64,000 nt of DNA from Bacteroidales bacterium (GCA_007129255.1 SKVW01000053.1:306-64305), one strand, 5' to 3'. Counted from the stretch's first letter, positions 1 to 10,139 are shown. Numbers and translations: made by a program. Notes: generated by a model from the letters alone, not told the origin.

Positions 1-2
1 TT

Positions 3-380
3 ATGGAAATTTTAACCAAAACCATTGGACGATTTCTTTTTGCCATTCCATTTCTTGTTTTTGGAGTTTTTCACTTCATGGATGGAAGTGGCATGGTAGG
101 GATGGTACCCGGATGGGTACCGGGTGGTCTTTTCTGGGTTTACCTGACGGGTATTGCCCTGATCGCAGCAGCCATCAGCATTATGTTACGGATGATGGAT
201 TATCTGGCGGCCGTTTTACTTGGGATTTTGCTGCTGATTTTTGTATTAACCATTCATCTTCCTGCTGTTGCAGGCGGAAATGATGGGCAAATGCCCAGTC
301 TTTTGAAAGATCTGGCCCTGGCCGGAGCTGCTTGGTTTTATGCTGGTTATGCTGCCAAAGATGCGCCAGCTGCAAAATAA
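3..380 (+). CDS. DoxX-family small integral membrane protein
   Basis: 125-aa ORF with about four hydrophobic helices. Size and N-terminal FAIPFLVFGVFHF pattern resemble DoxX-like proteins. A strong terminator follows. Confidence 0.55.
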   Translation: MEILTKTIGRFLFAIPFLVFGVFHFMDGSGMVGMVPGWVPGGLFWVYLTGIALIAAAISIMLRMMDYLAAVLLGILLLIFVLTIHLPAVAGGNDGQMPSLLKDLALAGAAWFYAGYAAKDAPAAK

Positions 381-412
381 ACAGGCCTATACCGGGAAGG
401 TTATAAATTTTT

Positions 413-443
413 GGGGTGGTTGTCAGCAACCACCCTTTTTTTG
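413..443 (+). terminator. Rho-independent terminator after the DoxX-like gene
   Basis: Perfect 9-bp GC-rich stem GGGTGGTTG / CAACCACCC (414-422 / 427-435), loop TCAG, then a T8 run at 436-443. Confidence 0.8.
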
Positions 444-513
444 TTTATATCTCACATACAGCACTTTAACATTTTTTAACTACCCTCTTTTAAAAACATA
501 AACACTGGAAAAC

Positions 514-521
514 TATTTTTG
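514..521 (+). promoter_or_regulatory. Bacteroidota-type -7 box (TAnnTTTG) upstream of the MoxR/Bat operon
   Basis: Exact TATTTTTG lies 35 nt upstream of the ATG at 556. No clear TTTG -33 element is present. Confidence 0.3.
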
Positions 522-555
522 CAGCAGTTATCTCAAAAACCCCAAAAATAAAGGT

Positions 556-1539
556 ATGGACATAAAGGAACTGAATGAGCGCATACAGCAGGAAAGCGCA
601 TTTGTGGATATCCTGACCATGGAAATGAATAAGGTCATTGTAGGTCAGAAAGATATGGTAGAGCGTTTGTTAATAGGGATGCTGGCCAACGGGCATATAT
701 TACTTGAAGGTGTTCCGGGCCTTGCCAAGACCCTGGCTATAAAATCCCTGGCCAACAGTATCAAGGCAAAGTTCAGCCGCATACAGTTTACCCCGGACCT
801 TTTGCCGGCCGACCTGATCGGTACCATGATCTACAGCCAGAAAACCGAAGAGTTTTTGGTTCGTAAAGGCCCGGTTTTTGCCAACTTTATCCTTGCCGAT
901 GAAATAAACCGTGCACCTGCCAAGGTACAAAGTGCCCTGCTGGAGGCAATGCAGGAAAGACAGGTAACCATTGGCGACCATACCTACAGCCTGGAAGAAC
1001 CGTTTTTGGTGCTTGCAACTGAAAACCCTCTTGAACAGGAAGGAACCTATCCCCTGCCTGAGGCCCAGGTAGACCGGTTTATGCTTAAAGTCATGATTGG
1101 TTATCCCACCAAAGAAGAAGAAAAAATGATATTGAGGCAAAACATGCTGAGTGAATTTCCTGTAACCAAACCTGTTTTGCAACCGGCCGATATTGTTAAG
1201 GCACGCAATGTAGTCAGGGATGTTTATGTAGATGAGAAAATTGAAAATTATATTACCGATATTGTTTTTGCAACCCGGTATCCGGATGAATATAAGCTTC
1301 CGGATTTTAAGCACCTGATCAGCTACGGGGGCTCGCCCAGGGCAAGTATTAATATGGCTCTTGCGGCCAAAGCCTATGCTTTTATCAGGCGAAGGGGCTA
1401 TGTGATTCCGGAGGATGTCAGGGCCATCTGCCCCGATGTATTGCGCCACCGCATAGGGCTTACCTATGAAGCGGAAGCCGAAAATATAACTTCTGAAGAT
1501 ATTGTGAGAGAGATATTGAATACAGTTGAGGTACCATAA
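556..1539 (+). CDS. MoxR-family AAA+ ATPase
   Basis: Walker A GVPGLAKT and Walker B LADEINRA are present. Typical MoxR length (327 aa) and the motif PLPEAQVDRF. It is the first gene of the Bat-type operon. Confidence 0.95.
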   Translation: MDIKELNERIQQESAFVDILTMEMNKVIVGQKDMVERLLIGMLANGHILLEGVPGLAKTLAIKSLANSIKAKFSRIQFTPDLLPADLIGTMIYSQKTEEFLVRKGPVFANFILADEINRAPAKVQSALLEAMQERQVTIGDHTYSLEEPFLVLATENPLEQEGTYPLPEAQVDRFMLKVMIGYPTKEEEKMILRQNMLSEFPVTKPVLQPADIVKARNVVRDVYVDEKIENYITDIVFATRYPDEYKLPDFKHLISYGGSPRASINMALAAKAYAFIRRRGYVIPEDVRAICPDVLRHRIGLTYEAEAENITSEDIVREILNTVEVP

Positions 1540-1558
1540 AACAATTTTTTCTTTTTCC

Positions 1559-2428
1559 ATGGAAACTTCTGAATTGCTTAAAAAGGTCCGTAAAATCGAG
1601 ATAAAAACCAGGGGATTGTCTAACCAGGTTTTCTCCGGGCATTATCATAGTGCCTTTAAGGGCCGAGGCATGGCTTTTACAGAGGTAAGGGAATACCATT
1701 TCGGGGATGATATCCGCAATATTGACTGGAATGTTACGGCCCGCTTCAATCATCCATATGTAAAGGTTTTTGAGGAAGAACGTGAACTCACAGTGATGTT
1801 GCTGATCGACGTAAGCGGTTCCAATGAATTTGGAGCCGTGGGAAGCATCAAAGAAGCCATGATAACTGAAATAGCAGGTGTGCTTGCCTTTTCTGCCATA
1901 AGCAACAATGATAAGGTGGGGGTGATCTTTTTCAGCGACCGGATTGAAAAGTTTATTCCGCCCAAAAAAGGAACACCACACATTTTACGCATCATAAGAG
2001 AATTGATTGATTTTAAACCGGAGCGAAAGGGAACGGATATTGCTTCTGCTTTAAGGTATTTGCGCAATGTAATAAAAAAGAGATCCGTAGCCTTTCTTAT
2101 CTCCGATTTTAATGACCGGGGATTTGAGGATGCCTTATCCATTGTCAGCAGAAAGCACGACATGGTTTGTGTGAGGGTTTTTGATCACCGTGAAAAGGAG
2201 CTGCCCCGGGCAGGGGTCATGAAGTTCAGGGATGCCGAAACCGGCCGGTCATACTGGATTGATACTTCCAGCAGGGAAGTTCAGCAGAAGATCAAGACCT
2301 GGAATTCCAGGCACGAGCAATACCTGGCTACCTCCTTTTCTAAAGCAGGTGTGGATGCGGTCAATGTTTCTACAGATCAGGACTATGTGCCCCCCTTGAT
2401 GAAACTTTTTCGCAAAAGGAGCAATTGA
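1559..2428 (+). CDS. DUF58 domain protein (VWA-like, MoxR partner)
   Basis: Contains YHFGDDIRNIDWNVTAR and the MIDAS-like LIDVSGSN. It sits in the canonical position after MoxR. I chose the ATG at 1559 over the TTG at 1526, which would overlap moxR by 14 nt. Confidence 0.85.
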   Translation: METSELLKKVRKIEIKTRGLSNQVFSGHYHSAFKGRGMAFTEVREYHFGDDIRNIDWNVTARFNHPYVKVFEEERELTVMLLIDVSGSNEFGAVGSIKEAMITEIAGVLAFSAISNNDKVGVIFFSDRIEKFIPPKKGTPHILRIIRELIDFKPERKGTDIASALRYLRNVIKKRSVAFLISDFNDRGFEDALSIVSRKHDMVCVRVFDHREKELPRAGVMKFRDAETGRSYWIDTSSREVQQKIKTWNSRHEQYLATSFSKAGVDAVNVSTDQDYVPPLMKLFRKRSN

Positions 2429-2459
2429 TACTTTTGGCTGCTAATTTTCAGAGATAAAT

Positions 2460-3500
2460 ATGGAATTCCCGTTAAGACAAAAATTTATTCGTTTTACTTA
2501 CAGTTATGTTGGGTTATTGGTTGTATTGTTATTTTTACCGTTTAATGGCAGAGCCCAGGAAGTCAACATTGATCTGGAACCCGGTGAAATAAGCATTGGG
2601 CAGCACGCCAGGCTTAGTATAGAGGTTGAATTCCAGGGAAAGAGCCTGGTCATTCTGCCGGTTTTCAATGATACCATCACTTCAGAAATAGAGGTTTTGA
2701 GCTATGGGCGACCCGATACCCTGCATCACGATCAAAACCGCCTGGCATTGCGTCAGGAGCATATCATTACTGCATGGGACGAAGGGTTTTTCCCTATTCC
2801 TCCCATGGAAATAATAACCATTGCCCATGAAGACACCTTGATTTTTGAGACCGAACCCCTCTTGCTGGAAGTTTCAGGGATAGAGGTTGATATGGCCGAA
2901 GCACCAAAAGACATTAAACCCATTTTTTCCATGCCAATTACTTTCAGGGAGTTACTGCCTTATGTTCTGGGAGCCCTGGCTTTGGCAGCCCTGATATGGC
3001 TTTTGGTCAGGTACGTTCGCCGTCCCCGGGCCCTTGAGCAAAAACCAGGTATCTGGGAAAAACCCGATATTCCTGCCCATATTGCAGCCATATCAAGCCT
3101 GGAGAGCCTGCGAAATAAAAAGCTCTGGCAAAAAGGAAAGGTTAAATTATACCACAGCGAACTTACCGATATTTTAAGAATGTACCTGGAAAAGCGATTC
3201 CGGATCAATGCCCTGGAAATGACCTCAGGGGAGATACTTAACCATATGCAACAAAAATTCGGGAACAATGAAAAACCGGATCAGCTTGGCCAGATACTTA
3301 AACTTTCCGACCTGGTTAAGTTTGCCAAATATCAGCCTGAGGCTTCACAAAATGAAAATGCACTGGAACTGGCTATACAATTTGTTAAAGAAACCATCCC
3401 AAAGGAAACAACAGAAGAAAAAACAAACCGGAAGGAAGATGGAATACTTGATAAACAAAAATCAGAAATAATTATAAATCCTAAAAATGCCAATAAATAA
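2460..3500 (+). CDS. BatD-like / DUF4381-like membrane protein of the Bat operon
   Basis: N-terminal signal or anchor, about 130-aa extracytoplasmic region, a TM helix (LLPYVLGALALAALIWLLV), then a helical tail with LSDLVKFAKYQP. That motif parallels the BatD tail LDDCEYARFAP. The stop overlaps the batA ATG (TAATG). Confidence 0.7.
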   Translation: MEFPLRQKFIRFTYSYVGLLVVLLFLPFNGRAQEVNIDLEPGEISIGQHARLSIEVEFQGKSLVILPVFNDTITSEIEVLSYGRPDTLHHDQNRLALRQEHIITAWDEGFFPIPPMEIITIAHEDTLIFETEPLLLEVSGIEVDMAEAPKDIKPIFSMPITFRELLPYVLGALALAALIWLLVRYVRRPRALEQKPGIWEKPDIPAHIAAISSLESLRNKKLWQKGKVKLYHSELTDILRMYLEKRFRINALEMTSGEILNHMQQKFGNNEKPDQLGQILKLSDLVKFAKYQPEASQNENALELAIQFVKETIPKETTEEKTNRKEDGILDKQKSEIIINPKNANK

Positions 3501-4495
3501 TGCCAGGTGACATCACTTTTGCATACAAGCCTTTTCTTTATCTTCTTTCAGTTATTCCTTTATTGGTTGCCTGGTATATCTGGAAGGAAAAGGACCGTAC
3601 GGCCGACATCCGTTATGTGCATGCTGAATATGCAAAGGGGGTAAAAAAAAGTTTACGGCTGAGGTTGCTTCATCTGCCATTTGTATTGCGGATGATTGTT
3701 CTTTGTTTGCTTATTGTGGCTCTTGCCAGGCCACAGTCGTCCAGCCGCACCCACGATGTAACCGTTGAAGGCATTGATATGATGATTGCCCTGGATATTT
3801 CCGGATCCATGATTGCAGAAGACTTTAAGCCCAACCGCATGGAAGCGGCAAAAAATGCAGCCATCGAATTTATTGATATGCGCCCGGGTGATCGGATCGG
3901 AATGACCGTTTTCAGCGGAGAAAGTTTTACACTTTGTCCGTTGACCACCGACCATGGTTTACTTAAGGAACTTACCCGGGGCCTTACCACGGGTATGGTA
4001 GAAGACGGAACGGCCATCGGTGACGGTCTGGCCACGGCCATCAACCGGCTCCGCGAAAGTCAGGCCATCAGTAAGGTAATTATTCTGCTAACCGATGGAA
4101 TTAACAATACCGGAGTGATTGATCCCCTTACTGCCGCTGAAATGGCAGCCCTTTATGACATCAGGGTTTATACCATTGGTGTGGGAAGTGATGGACCGGT
4201 CCCCTACCCTTTTCAAACCCCCTTTGGAGTCCAGTATCGCAATGTGGAAATTCCTGTTGATGAGGAATTATTACAGGAAATGGCCGATATAACCGGGGGA
4301 CAATACTTCTGGGCCCAAACCCAGGGCGCATTGGAATCAATTTACAGGGAAATTGACCAGATGGAACGTACCAAAATAGATGTAACGGAATATACCCGCA
4401 TGCATGATGAGTTTTTGATACTTGTTTTGTTGGCATTGGCTTTGCTGGGTCTGGAAGGCATACTGAAAAACACATGGCTGAGAACCATTCCATAG
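3500..4495 (+). CDS. batA: VWA domain membrane protein BatA
   Basis: N-terminal TM helices, MIDAS motif ALDISGSM with downstream DGTAIG and LTDGINN, and a C-terminal TM helix. Operon position matches BatA. Confidence 0.9.
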   Translation: MPGDITFAYKPFLYLLSVIPLLVAWYIWKEKDRTADIRYVHAEYAKGVKKSLRLRLLHLPFVLRMIVLCLLIVALARPQSSSRTHDVTVEGIDMMIALDISGSMIAEDFKPNRMEAAKNAAIEFIDMRPGDRIGMTVFSGESFTLCPLTTDHGLLKELTRGLTTGMVEDGTAIGDGLATAINRLRESQAISKVIILLTDGINNTGVIDPLTAAEMAALYDIRVYTIGVGSDGPVPYPFQTPFGVQYRNVEIPVDEELLQEMADITGGQYFWAQTQGALESIYREIDQMERTKIDVTEYTRMHDEFLILVLLALALLGLEGILKNTWLRTIP

Positions 4496-4530
4496 CAAGG
4501 TACTAACGAATAAGAAAAATTGGAACTTAA

Positions 4531-5565
4531 ATGGAAACGATTCGCTTTGATAATCCGGAATATCTGATCCTGCTGGTAGGATTGCCTGCTTTGCTTTTGA
4601 TATTTCTCCTTGGCCAATACCTTAAAGGCAAGGCCCTGAAACAGTTTGGAAATCCCGGAACTATGGCCAGACTGATGCCCTGGCGTTCTTATCGACGCCC
4701 ATGGATTAGGTTTGTAATATTCCTCATTGGTTTTGGATGTGTTTCCATGGCAGCGGTTAATCCTAAGGTTGGAAGCCGGTTGGAAAAGGCCACACGTGAG
4801 GGTGTAGACATAATGATTGCGTTGGATGTCAGCAGAAGCATGCTGGCGGAAGATGTCAGGCCAAACCGTCTGGAACGTTCAAAATCCGCTGTTTCAAGGA
4901 TTATTGACCGGCTGGAGCATGATCGTGTGGGGCTTGTTGTTTTTGCCGGGAATGCCATTACACAGGTTCCTCTCACTGCCGATCACGCTGCCGCCAAAAT
5001 GATGCTTCGTCCGGTTAACTCCCAGAGTATATCGGTGCAGGGAACCGCTATCGGGTCTGCTATTGAACGCGCCATGGCTTCTTTTCCAGATGATGAAGGA
5101 AACGCTAAGGTTCTGATTATCATCAGCGATGGAGAAAACCACCTTGATGATCCTGTGGAGAAAACCAGGCTTGCGCATCGCCATGGTATTACAATTCATA
5201 CTGTTGGCATCGGAAGTCCCGAAGGAGCTCCCATCCCTGTATACGAGGATAACCGGTTAAGCGGTTATTTGCGCGATGCACAGGGCAATACGGTGATCAC
5301 CCGTTATGATGAGGCAACCCTTAAAGCCATTGCCGATGCGGGTGGAGGCATTTTTCAGCACGGAAGAGGAGCTGATATGGGTTTGAACAGGATTGTTGAT
5401 GAGATAAGGAAAATGGAACAGCAGGAATATGAAGCCATGATCTTTACGGAATATGAAAGCCGCTATCATTATTTCGTGGCCCTTGCTTTGATTTTTCTTG
5501 TTCTTGAAATCTTTATTTTTGAACGCAAGAACAAATGGCTGGAGAAAATAAACCTTTTCGGATAA
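4531..5565 (+). CDS. batB: VWA domain membrane protein BatB
   Basis: MIDAS motif ALDVSRSM with QGTAIG and ISDGENH, plus N- and C-terminal TM helices. It is the second VWA gene of the operon. Confidence 0.9.
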   Translation: METIRFDNPEYLILLVGLPALLLIFLLGQYLKGKALKQFGNPGTMARLMPWRSYRRPWIRFVIFLIGFGCVSMAAVNPKVGSRLEKATREGVDIMIALDVSRSMLAEDVRPNRLERSKSAVSRIIDRLEHDRVGLVVFAGNAITQVPLTADHAAAKMMLRPVNSQSISVQGTAIGSAIERAMASFPDDEGNAKVLIIISDGENHLDDPVEKTRLAHRHGITIHTVGIGSPEGAPIPVYEDNRLSGYLRDAQGNTVITRYDEATLKAIADAGGGIFQHGRGADMGLNRIVDEIRKMEQQEYEAMIFTEYESRYHYFVALALIFLVLEIFIFERKNKWLEKINLFG

Positions 5566-5609
5566 CATTTAGTAGCAAAAAAAACGTTTAAAATATAAAC
5601 CGGAAACCC

Positions 5610-6317
5610 ATGATCAGGTTGTTTATTTTTACGGTCGCCATAATGCTTTGTTTTTCCCCGGAAGTTTTTGCCGGCGAGGAAAGACAATGGATCAGGGAGG
5701 GAAACAAACTCTATGAAGAGGGCCAATATCAGGAAGCCGAAATCAAATACCGGCGGGCCCTTGAAACGGATTCAGGAAATTTCAGGGCGCTTTTTAACCT
5801 TGGAAATGCCTTATACAAACAGGGACGCTTTGAGGAAGCTTCCGAAATTTTTGATATTTTGTCGCAGATTGGCACAGAAGAACAGGAAAGGGCGAAAGCC
5901 TTTCACAATTTAGGGAATGCCCATATGGGATCACAACGTTTTGGAGAAAGCATTGAAGCCTACAAAAATGCTTTGCGTCTAAACCCTGACGATGAAGATA
6001 CACGCTATAACCTGGCCTATGCGAAGAATTTTCTGGAGGATCCTCCTGAGCAGGAGCCACAGCCCGAAGACCAGAACGGAGATGGAGAAAGTGAAGAAGA
6101 TCAGGAAGGACAGCAGCCTCCTCCCCCCGGAGAAGATGATTCCGGGGATGAGGACCAGCAACCCGATGCAGGTCCCGAACCCGCTTCAGATCAACTATCA
6201 CCCCGTGATGCCGAAAGAATACTGGATGCTTTAAATCAACAGGAACAAAAAGTGCAGGAAAAGATAAATCGTGATCATCAAAAACGCGAGCCTGTCCGGA
6301 CAGAAAAAGAATGGTAA
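5610..6317 (+). CDS. batC: TPR-repeat protein BatC
   Basis: Signal peptide and TPR repeats (YEEGQYQEAEIKYRRALE, LGNALYKQGRFEEA, NLGNAHM), followed by an acidic Pro/Glu/Asp-rich tail. Operon position matches BatC. Confidence 0.8.
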   Translation: MIRLFIFTVAIMLCFSPEVFAGEERQWIREGNKLYEEGQYQEAEIKYRRALETDSGNFRALFNLGNALYKQGRFEEASEIFDILSQIGTEEQERAKAFHNLGNAHMGSQRFGESIEAYKNALRLNPDDEDTRYNLAYAKNFLEDPPEQEPQPEDQNGDGESEEDQEGQQPPPPGEDDSGDEDQQPDAGPEPASDQLSPRDAERILDALNQQEQKVQEKINRDHQKREPVRTEKEW

Positions 6318-6335
6318 TTCCATTTTAATAAAAGG

Positions 6336-8201
6336 ATGAAAATTTTTAAAACAATATTGTTTTTTTTCTTTGGACTGCTGCATTTGGCAGTTTCTGGCAG
6401 TACTATTGAGTTTAAAGCTTCTGCCCCTGAACAGGTTGCCGTTGGTGAAGGCTTTCGTCTGGTTTTTTCGCTCAATGCCCGCCCCTCAGATTTTCAACCC
6501 CCCTCTTTTGATGGATTCAGAGTGGTTTCCGGCCCCAGCCAATCCTCTTCCTCATCAACACAAATAATCAATAACCAGGTGACTACTACCATTTCATTTT
6601 CTTATAGTTACATTCTGGAGGCCACCCGTGAAGGGATTTTAAAGATTCCGGGAGCCATTACTACTGTGGATGGGGAGCAATACACAAGCAATCCTTTAGA
6701 AATAAGGGTTGAGGGACAGACAGATCCGTCTGCTTCCCCGGGGCGCCCGCGGGAACAAACTCTCCGGCCTGAAGGCCCGGCTGCAGACGATCTTTTCGTA
6801 AGAGTTCAGGCCAGTAACACCAGTCCATACCAGTCTGAGCAGGTTATTTTAAGCTATAAGATTTACACCCGGGTGCCGGTTACCCAGTTTTCTATAGAAA
6901 GGCTTCCCTCCTTCCAGGGATTGTGGACGGAAAACATCACCCCTTCGGGTCAACCATCTGCAAGCACTGAGGTAATTGACGGGGTCAGCTACAATGTGGC
7001 AGAGATTCGCAGGATGGCTATTTTCCCGCAGCGTTCAGGGAAAATTATCCTGGAACCCCTTGAGGTTGAATGTTTGGTGCGTGTGAGAGGACAGCAAAGG
7101 CGGGGAGGACTTTTTGAGGAGTTTTTTGGCAGTTCCCCATTTGGTAGTTTTGAAACGGTAGAAAAAACGATACGCTCCAATCGGTTGGAACTGGAAGTTA
7201 AGCCTTTACCTTCTCAAAACCGGCCGGCAGATTTCAAGGGAATGGTGGGCGATTTTGACCTGGGCGCCACGCTGGAACCCGCAGAGCTGGCAATAAATGA
7301 TGCAGCCAACCTGGTTGTTACCGTTCAGGGAAAAGGCAATATGCGGATGCTGGAAAAGCCCCGGGTTCAGTTACCTCCAAACCTGGAGGCTTTTGACCCG
7401 AATATTTCTGATAATATCCGCTCAGGCAGAAATGGGATCAGCGGGAGCCGAACCTTTGACTTTTTGCTAATTCCCCGAACCGGTGGCGAATTCGAGATAC
7501 CTCCAATTACCATGAGCTTTTTCGATCCTGCAAAAGAAACCTATGTCAGCAGAAGAGCCGGCCCGTTTACCCTGAAGGTTAGTGGAGAAACTCCCTCAAT
7601 AGCCGGAACTCCTGGTGTTTTGGCCCAGGAGGATGCGCAATACCTGTCAAGAGATATACGGTTTATTTATACCCGCCCGTTTGAACTGCAACCCATTGGG
7701 TTCATGTTTTATAAAAGTACGCTGTTTTATGTGCTTTTTATCCTGCCTTTGGCATTGTTTGTATTATTGTTGATTTTTTGGCGCAGGCAGATACGCTTGC
7801 AGAGGGATACGGCACTGATGAAAAATAAAAGGGCCCAAAAGCTTGCAAAAAAACGGCTCAGAAAAGCAGGCTCCTTATTGAAAGATAAGGAGGAGTCTCT
7901 TTTCTATGAAGAGATCTTCAGGACGCTATGGGGGTACATTTCAGATAAATTAAATATGCCGGTTTCAAACCTTAATAAAGCAAATGTAGCTTCGGCCTTT
8001 AAAAAGCAAAAAGTGAGAGATGAACTTGCTGCCGAATTCTTAAAAGCTCTTGACGATTGTGAATATGCGCGTTTTGCCCCCGGAAGTGCCGAAATGCGAA
8101 TGGAAGAGACCTTTGAGAAAGCCTATAATACCATTGTAACCATTGAAAAAGAATTGCGCAACAATAAAACCAATAAAGGGGTTAGGAAAAAACAGCAATA
8201 A
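6336..8201 (+). CDS. batD: BatD (oxygen-tolerance family) membrane protein
   Basis: 621 aa with a signal peptide, a large beta-rich extracytoplasmic part, a TM helix (LFYVLFILPLALFVLLLIFW) and a cytosolic tail ending in CEYARFAP. Operon position matches BatD. Confidence 0.85.
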   Translation: MKIFKTILFFFFGLLHLAVSGSTIEFKASAPEQVAVGEGFRLVFSLNARPSDFQPPSFDGFRVVSGPSQSSSSSTQIINNQVTTTISFSYSYILEATREGILKIPGAITTVDGEQYTSNPLEIRVEGQTDPSASPGRPREQTLRPEGPAADDLFVRVQASNTSPYQSEQVILSYKIYTRVPVTQFSIERLPSFQGLWTENITPSGQPSASTEVIDGVSYNVAEIRRMAIFPQRSGKIILEPLEVECLVRVRGQQRRGGLFEEFFGSSPFGSFETVEKTIRSNRLELEVKPLPSQNRPADFKGMVGDFDLGATLEPAELAINDAANLVVTVQGKGNMRMLEKPRVQLPPNLEAFDPNISDNIRSGRNGISGSRTFDFLLIPRTGGEFEIPPITMSFFDPAKETYVSRRAGPFTLKVSGETPSIAGTPGVLAQEDAQYLSRDIRFIYTRPFELQPIGFMFYKSTLFYVLFILPLALFVLLLIFWRRQIRLQRDTALMKNKRAQKLAKKRLRKAGSLLKDKEESLFYEEIFRTLWGYISDKLNMPVSNLNKANVASAFKKQKVRDELAAEFLKALDDCEYARFAPGSAEMRMEETFEKAYNTIVTIEKELRNNKTNKGVRKKQQ

Positions 8202-8215
8202 CAGGCCAATTAAAT

Positions 8216-8971
8216 ATGAAACAGCTATCCGGGATATTACTTGCCGTTATCTTTATCTTTCCCGCAAAAGGGAATGATCTCCATGACCTTGTTGAGCAGG
8301 CAAATGAAGCATATATTAAAGGAGAGTACTCTTACGCCATTGAATTGTATGAGGAAGTGATTGCAAATCAGAAAGAGGCTGCTGAGCTGTATCATAACCT
8401 GGGCAATGCCTACTTTAAAGAGACTCGTCTTGGTCCTGCTATACTCAATTACGAAAGGGCTTTGCGTCTGAGTCCCAATGATGACAACATCCGGTTTAAT
8501 CTAGAAATTGCCCGCTCAAGAATTGTTGACCGCATTGAACCGGTGCCCTTGATTTTTTATGAAAGGTGGTGGAAAGGTTTTCTGAACCTTCAGGCTGTTG
8601 ATGGATGGGCCATAACCGGCCTGATATTCCTGGTAATATTTCTGGGTTGTTTATCCCTGTATTTTTTCTCCCGAAAAACCGGATTTAGAAAAATAGGATT
8701 TTCCTTATCCCTGTTCTTTTTGCTTATGACCGGGATTTGTTTTTTTGCAGCAAATCGGCAATATCAGCATCATTATGTTGATAAGGAGGCCATTGTTTTT
8801 GTGCCAAGGGTGACGGCCAAAAGTGCCCCGGGTCAGGCAAGTACCGATATTTTTGTAATACACGAAGGTACCCAGGTCAGGATTACCGATAATTTAGGGG
8901 AATGGTACCAGATAAAGCTGGCAAATGGTAATGTGGGCTGGATAAAGCAAACCACCGTGGAAGTCATCTAA
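8216..8971 (+). CDS. batE: TPR plus SH3-like membrane protein BatE
   Basis: N-terminal TPR repeats (YIKGEYSYAIELYEE, NLGNAYFKE), two or three TM helices, and a C-terminal SH3b-like segment (GEWYQIKLANGNVGWI). It is the last gene of the operon. Confidence 0.8.
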   Translation: MKQLSGILLAVIFIFPAKGNDLHDLVEQANEAYIKGEYSYAIELYEEVIANQKEAAELYHNLGNAYFKETRLGPAILNYERALRLSPNDDNIRFNLEIARSRIVDRIEPVPLIFYERWWKGFLNLQAVDGWAITGLIFLVIFLGCLSLYFFSRKTGFRKIGFSLSLFFLLMTGICFFAANRQYQHHYVDKEAIVFVPRVTAKSAPGQASTDIFVIHEGTQVRITDNLGEWYQIKLANGNVGWIKQTTVEVI

Positions 8972-8991
8972 GCCCGAATTCAATATCCTGC

Positions 8992-9492
8992 TTATTTTCT
9001 TTCTCGTCTTTCTCTGCCACGTTGCTGGCTCTCCCTGAAAAGCATGCGGTTAAATCTTCTTTCGGCTTCGTAGAGCAGGGCCACTTTTTGAACAGGCAGT
9101 ACTTCCTTTAAATTTTCGTGAAGTTCCCTTTTAATTTCCGCCATTTTTTCAAAGCGGTGTATTTCTTTCTCAATATACAGGGCAGCCTGTTCTTCAGTCA
9201 TTTCAGATGCCTCAGGCATTTCATCACTCCTCTCTCTGAAATTATCCTGTAATGCCTGGACCTTGTTGTTGTATTCATTGTAAATCGGCCATAGCATTTT
9301 GGCTTCATCGGGTGTCAGGTCCATATATTCAGTAATAAAAGCGATCCGCCGGGTTTCAATAACCCTCATTCTTTCCTGGTGTCTTCTGCCCTGCCCCGGC
9401 TGGGAGAAAGCCGGAATGCTTAACATCACTGCCATAAACAGTAACAGCATGCTTTTGAGAGAGACTTTATGTTTAAGCAATTGTTTATTCAT
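8992..9492 (-). CDS. Periplasmic helical LTXXQ/Spy-like protein, third gene of an ECF sigma module
   Basis: Signal peptide (LLLFMAVMLSIPAFSQ), helical Glu/Arg-rich body, and the motifs LTPDEAKMLWPIY and MTEEQAALY. It lies downstream of the sigma and anti-sigma genes. Confidence 0.55.
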   Translation of the reverse strand: MNKQLLKHKVSLKSMLLLFMAVMLSIPAFSQPGQGRRHQERMRVIETRRIAFITEYMDLTPDEAKMLWPIYNEYNNKVQALQDNFRERSDEMPEASEMTEEQAALYIEKEIHRFEKMAEIKRELHENLKEVLPVQKVALLYEAERRFNRMLFRESQQRGRERRERK

Positions 9493-9553
9493 TATGTGGT
9501 TTTGTTTTTGCTAAGTTTGAAAAATTTTGGAAAAAAAGAACACTTAAAAGGAA

Positions 9554-10096
9554 TTAATTTTCCGGAAATTCAAATTCCTCATCTGCCAAAAGCATCTCTT
9601 CGACAGAAAGATCATAATAATCCATCCTCTCAAAAAGGTAAGATTCAATCAACTCATCATCTTCATAAAAATCCATATCCTGATGCAGTCCGTATTTTAA
9701 TTCTTCTTCTGTCATTTCCGACTCAAGAATCAGGTCATAGAAAAATCCCCGGTCAAAATCCATGGTCAGGGCAAAATATTCTTCATCCGGATATTCTTCT
9801 GTTCCGGTGAGGTAACCGTTTTTTGTACCGGTTTGAAAAATAAAGAAGCTGACCGAAAGGGCAATAATGAGCGCCAGGGAAGCCATAACGGTAACAAGCC
9901 GTCTTTTAAGGCTGATAGCAGGAACCTCTGCTTGCCGGCTGGCATGCCTGCTCGAAATTTCTTCACGGATTTTATGAGGAAGGGTTTCAAAGTAGCCTTC
10001 AGGTACTCCGAAGGGATCTTTTTTTGGGCGCTCCGGAAGGCTGCTGCCTAGTTGGGATAGTTCCTTTTTTATTTTCTCTTTGTTTTCTTTGTTCAT
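9554..10096 (-). CDS. Putative anti-sigma factor (single-pass membrane protein)
   Basis: It lies 43 nt downstream of the ECF sigma gene. One central TM helix (LVTVMASLALIIALSVSFFIF) and an acidic extracytoplasmic tail. No zinc-binding anti-sigma motif was seen, so the function rests on position only. Confidence 0.45.
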   Translation of the reverse strand: MNKENKEKIKKELSQLGSSLPERPKKDPFGVPEGYFETLPHKIREEISSRHASRQAEVPAISLKRRLVTVMASLALIIALSVSFFIFQTGTKNGYLTGTEEYPDEEYFALTMDFDRGFFYDLILESEMTEEELKYGLHQDMDFYEDDELIESYLFERMDYYDLSVEEMLLADEEFEFPEN

Positions 10097-10139
10097 GGCC
10101 TGTTTTTTAATTAGATAACACCTGGCAAAAAAAGTTTAA

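Noticed and set aside
700-1560. 286-codon ORF antisense to the MoxR gene
   Set aside because: It is fully contained in and antisense to a confidently identified gene. The translation is low-information with no motifs, so it is a typical shadow ORF.
6040-6200. Acidic Pro/Glu/Asp/Gln-rich stretch in BatC, considered as a repeat element
   Set aside because: It shows compositional bias only, with no periodic nucleotide repeat, and is in frame within batC.
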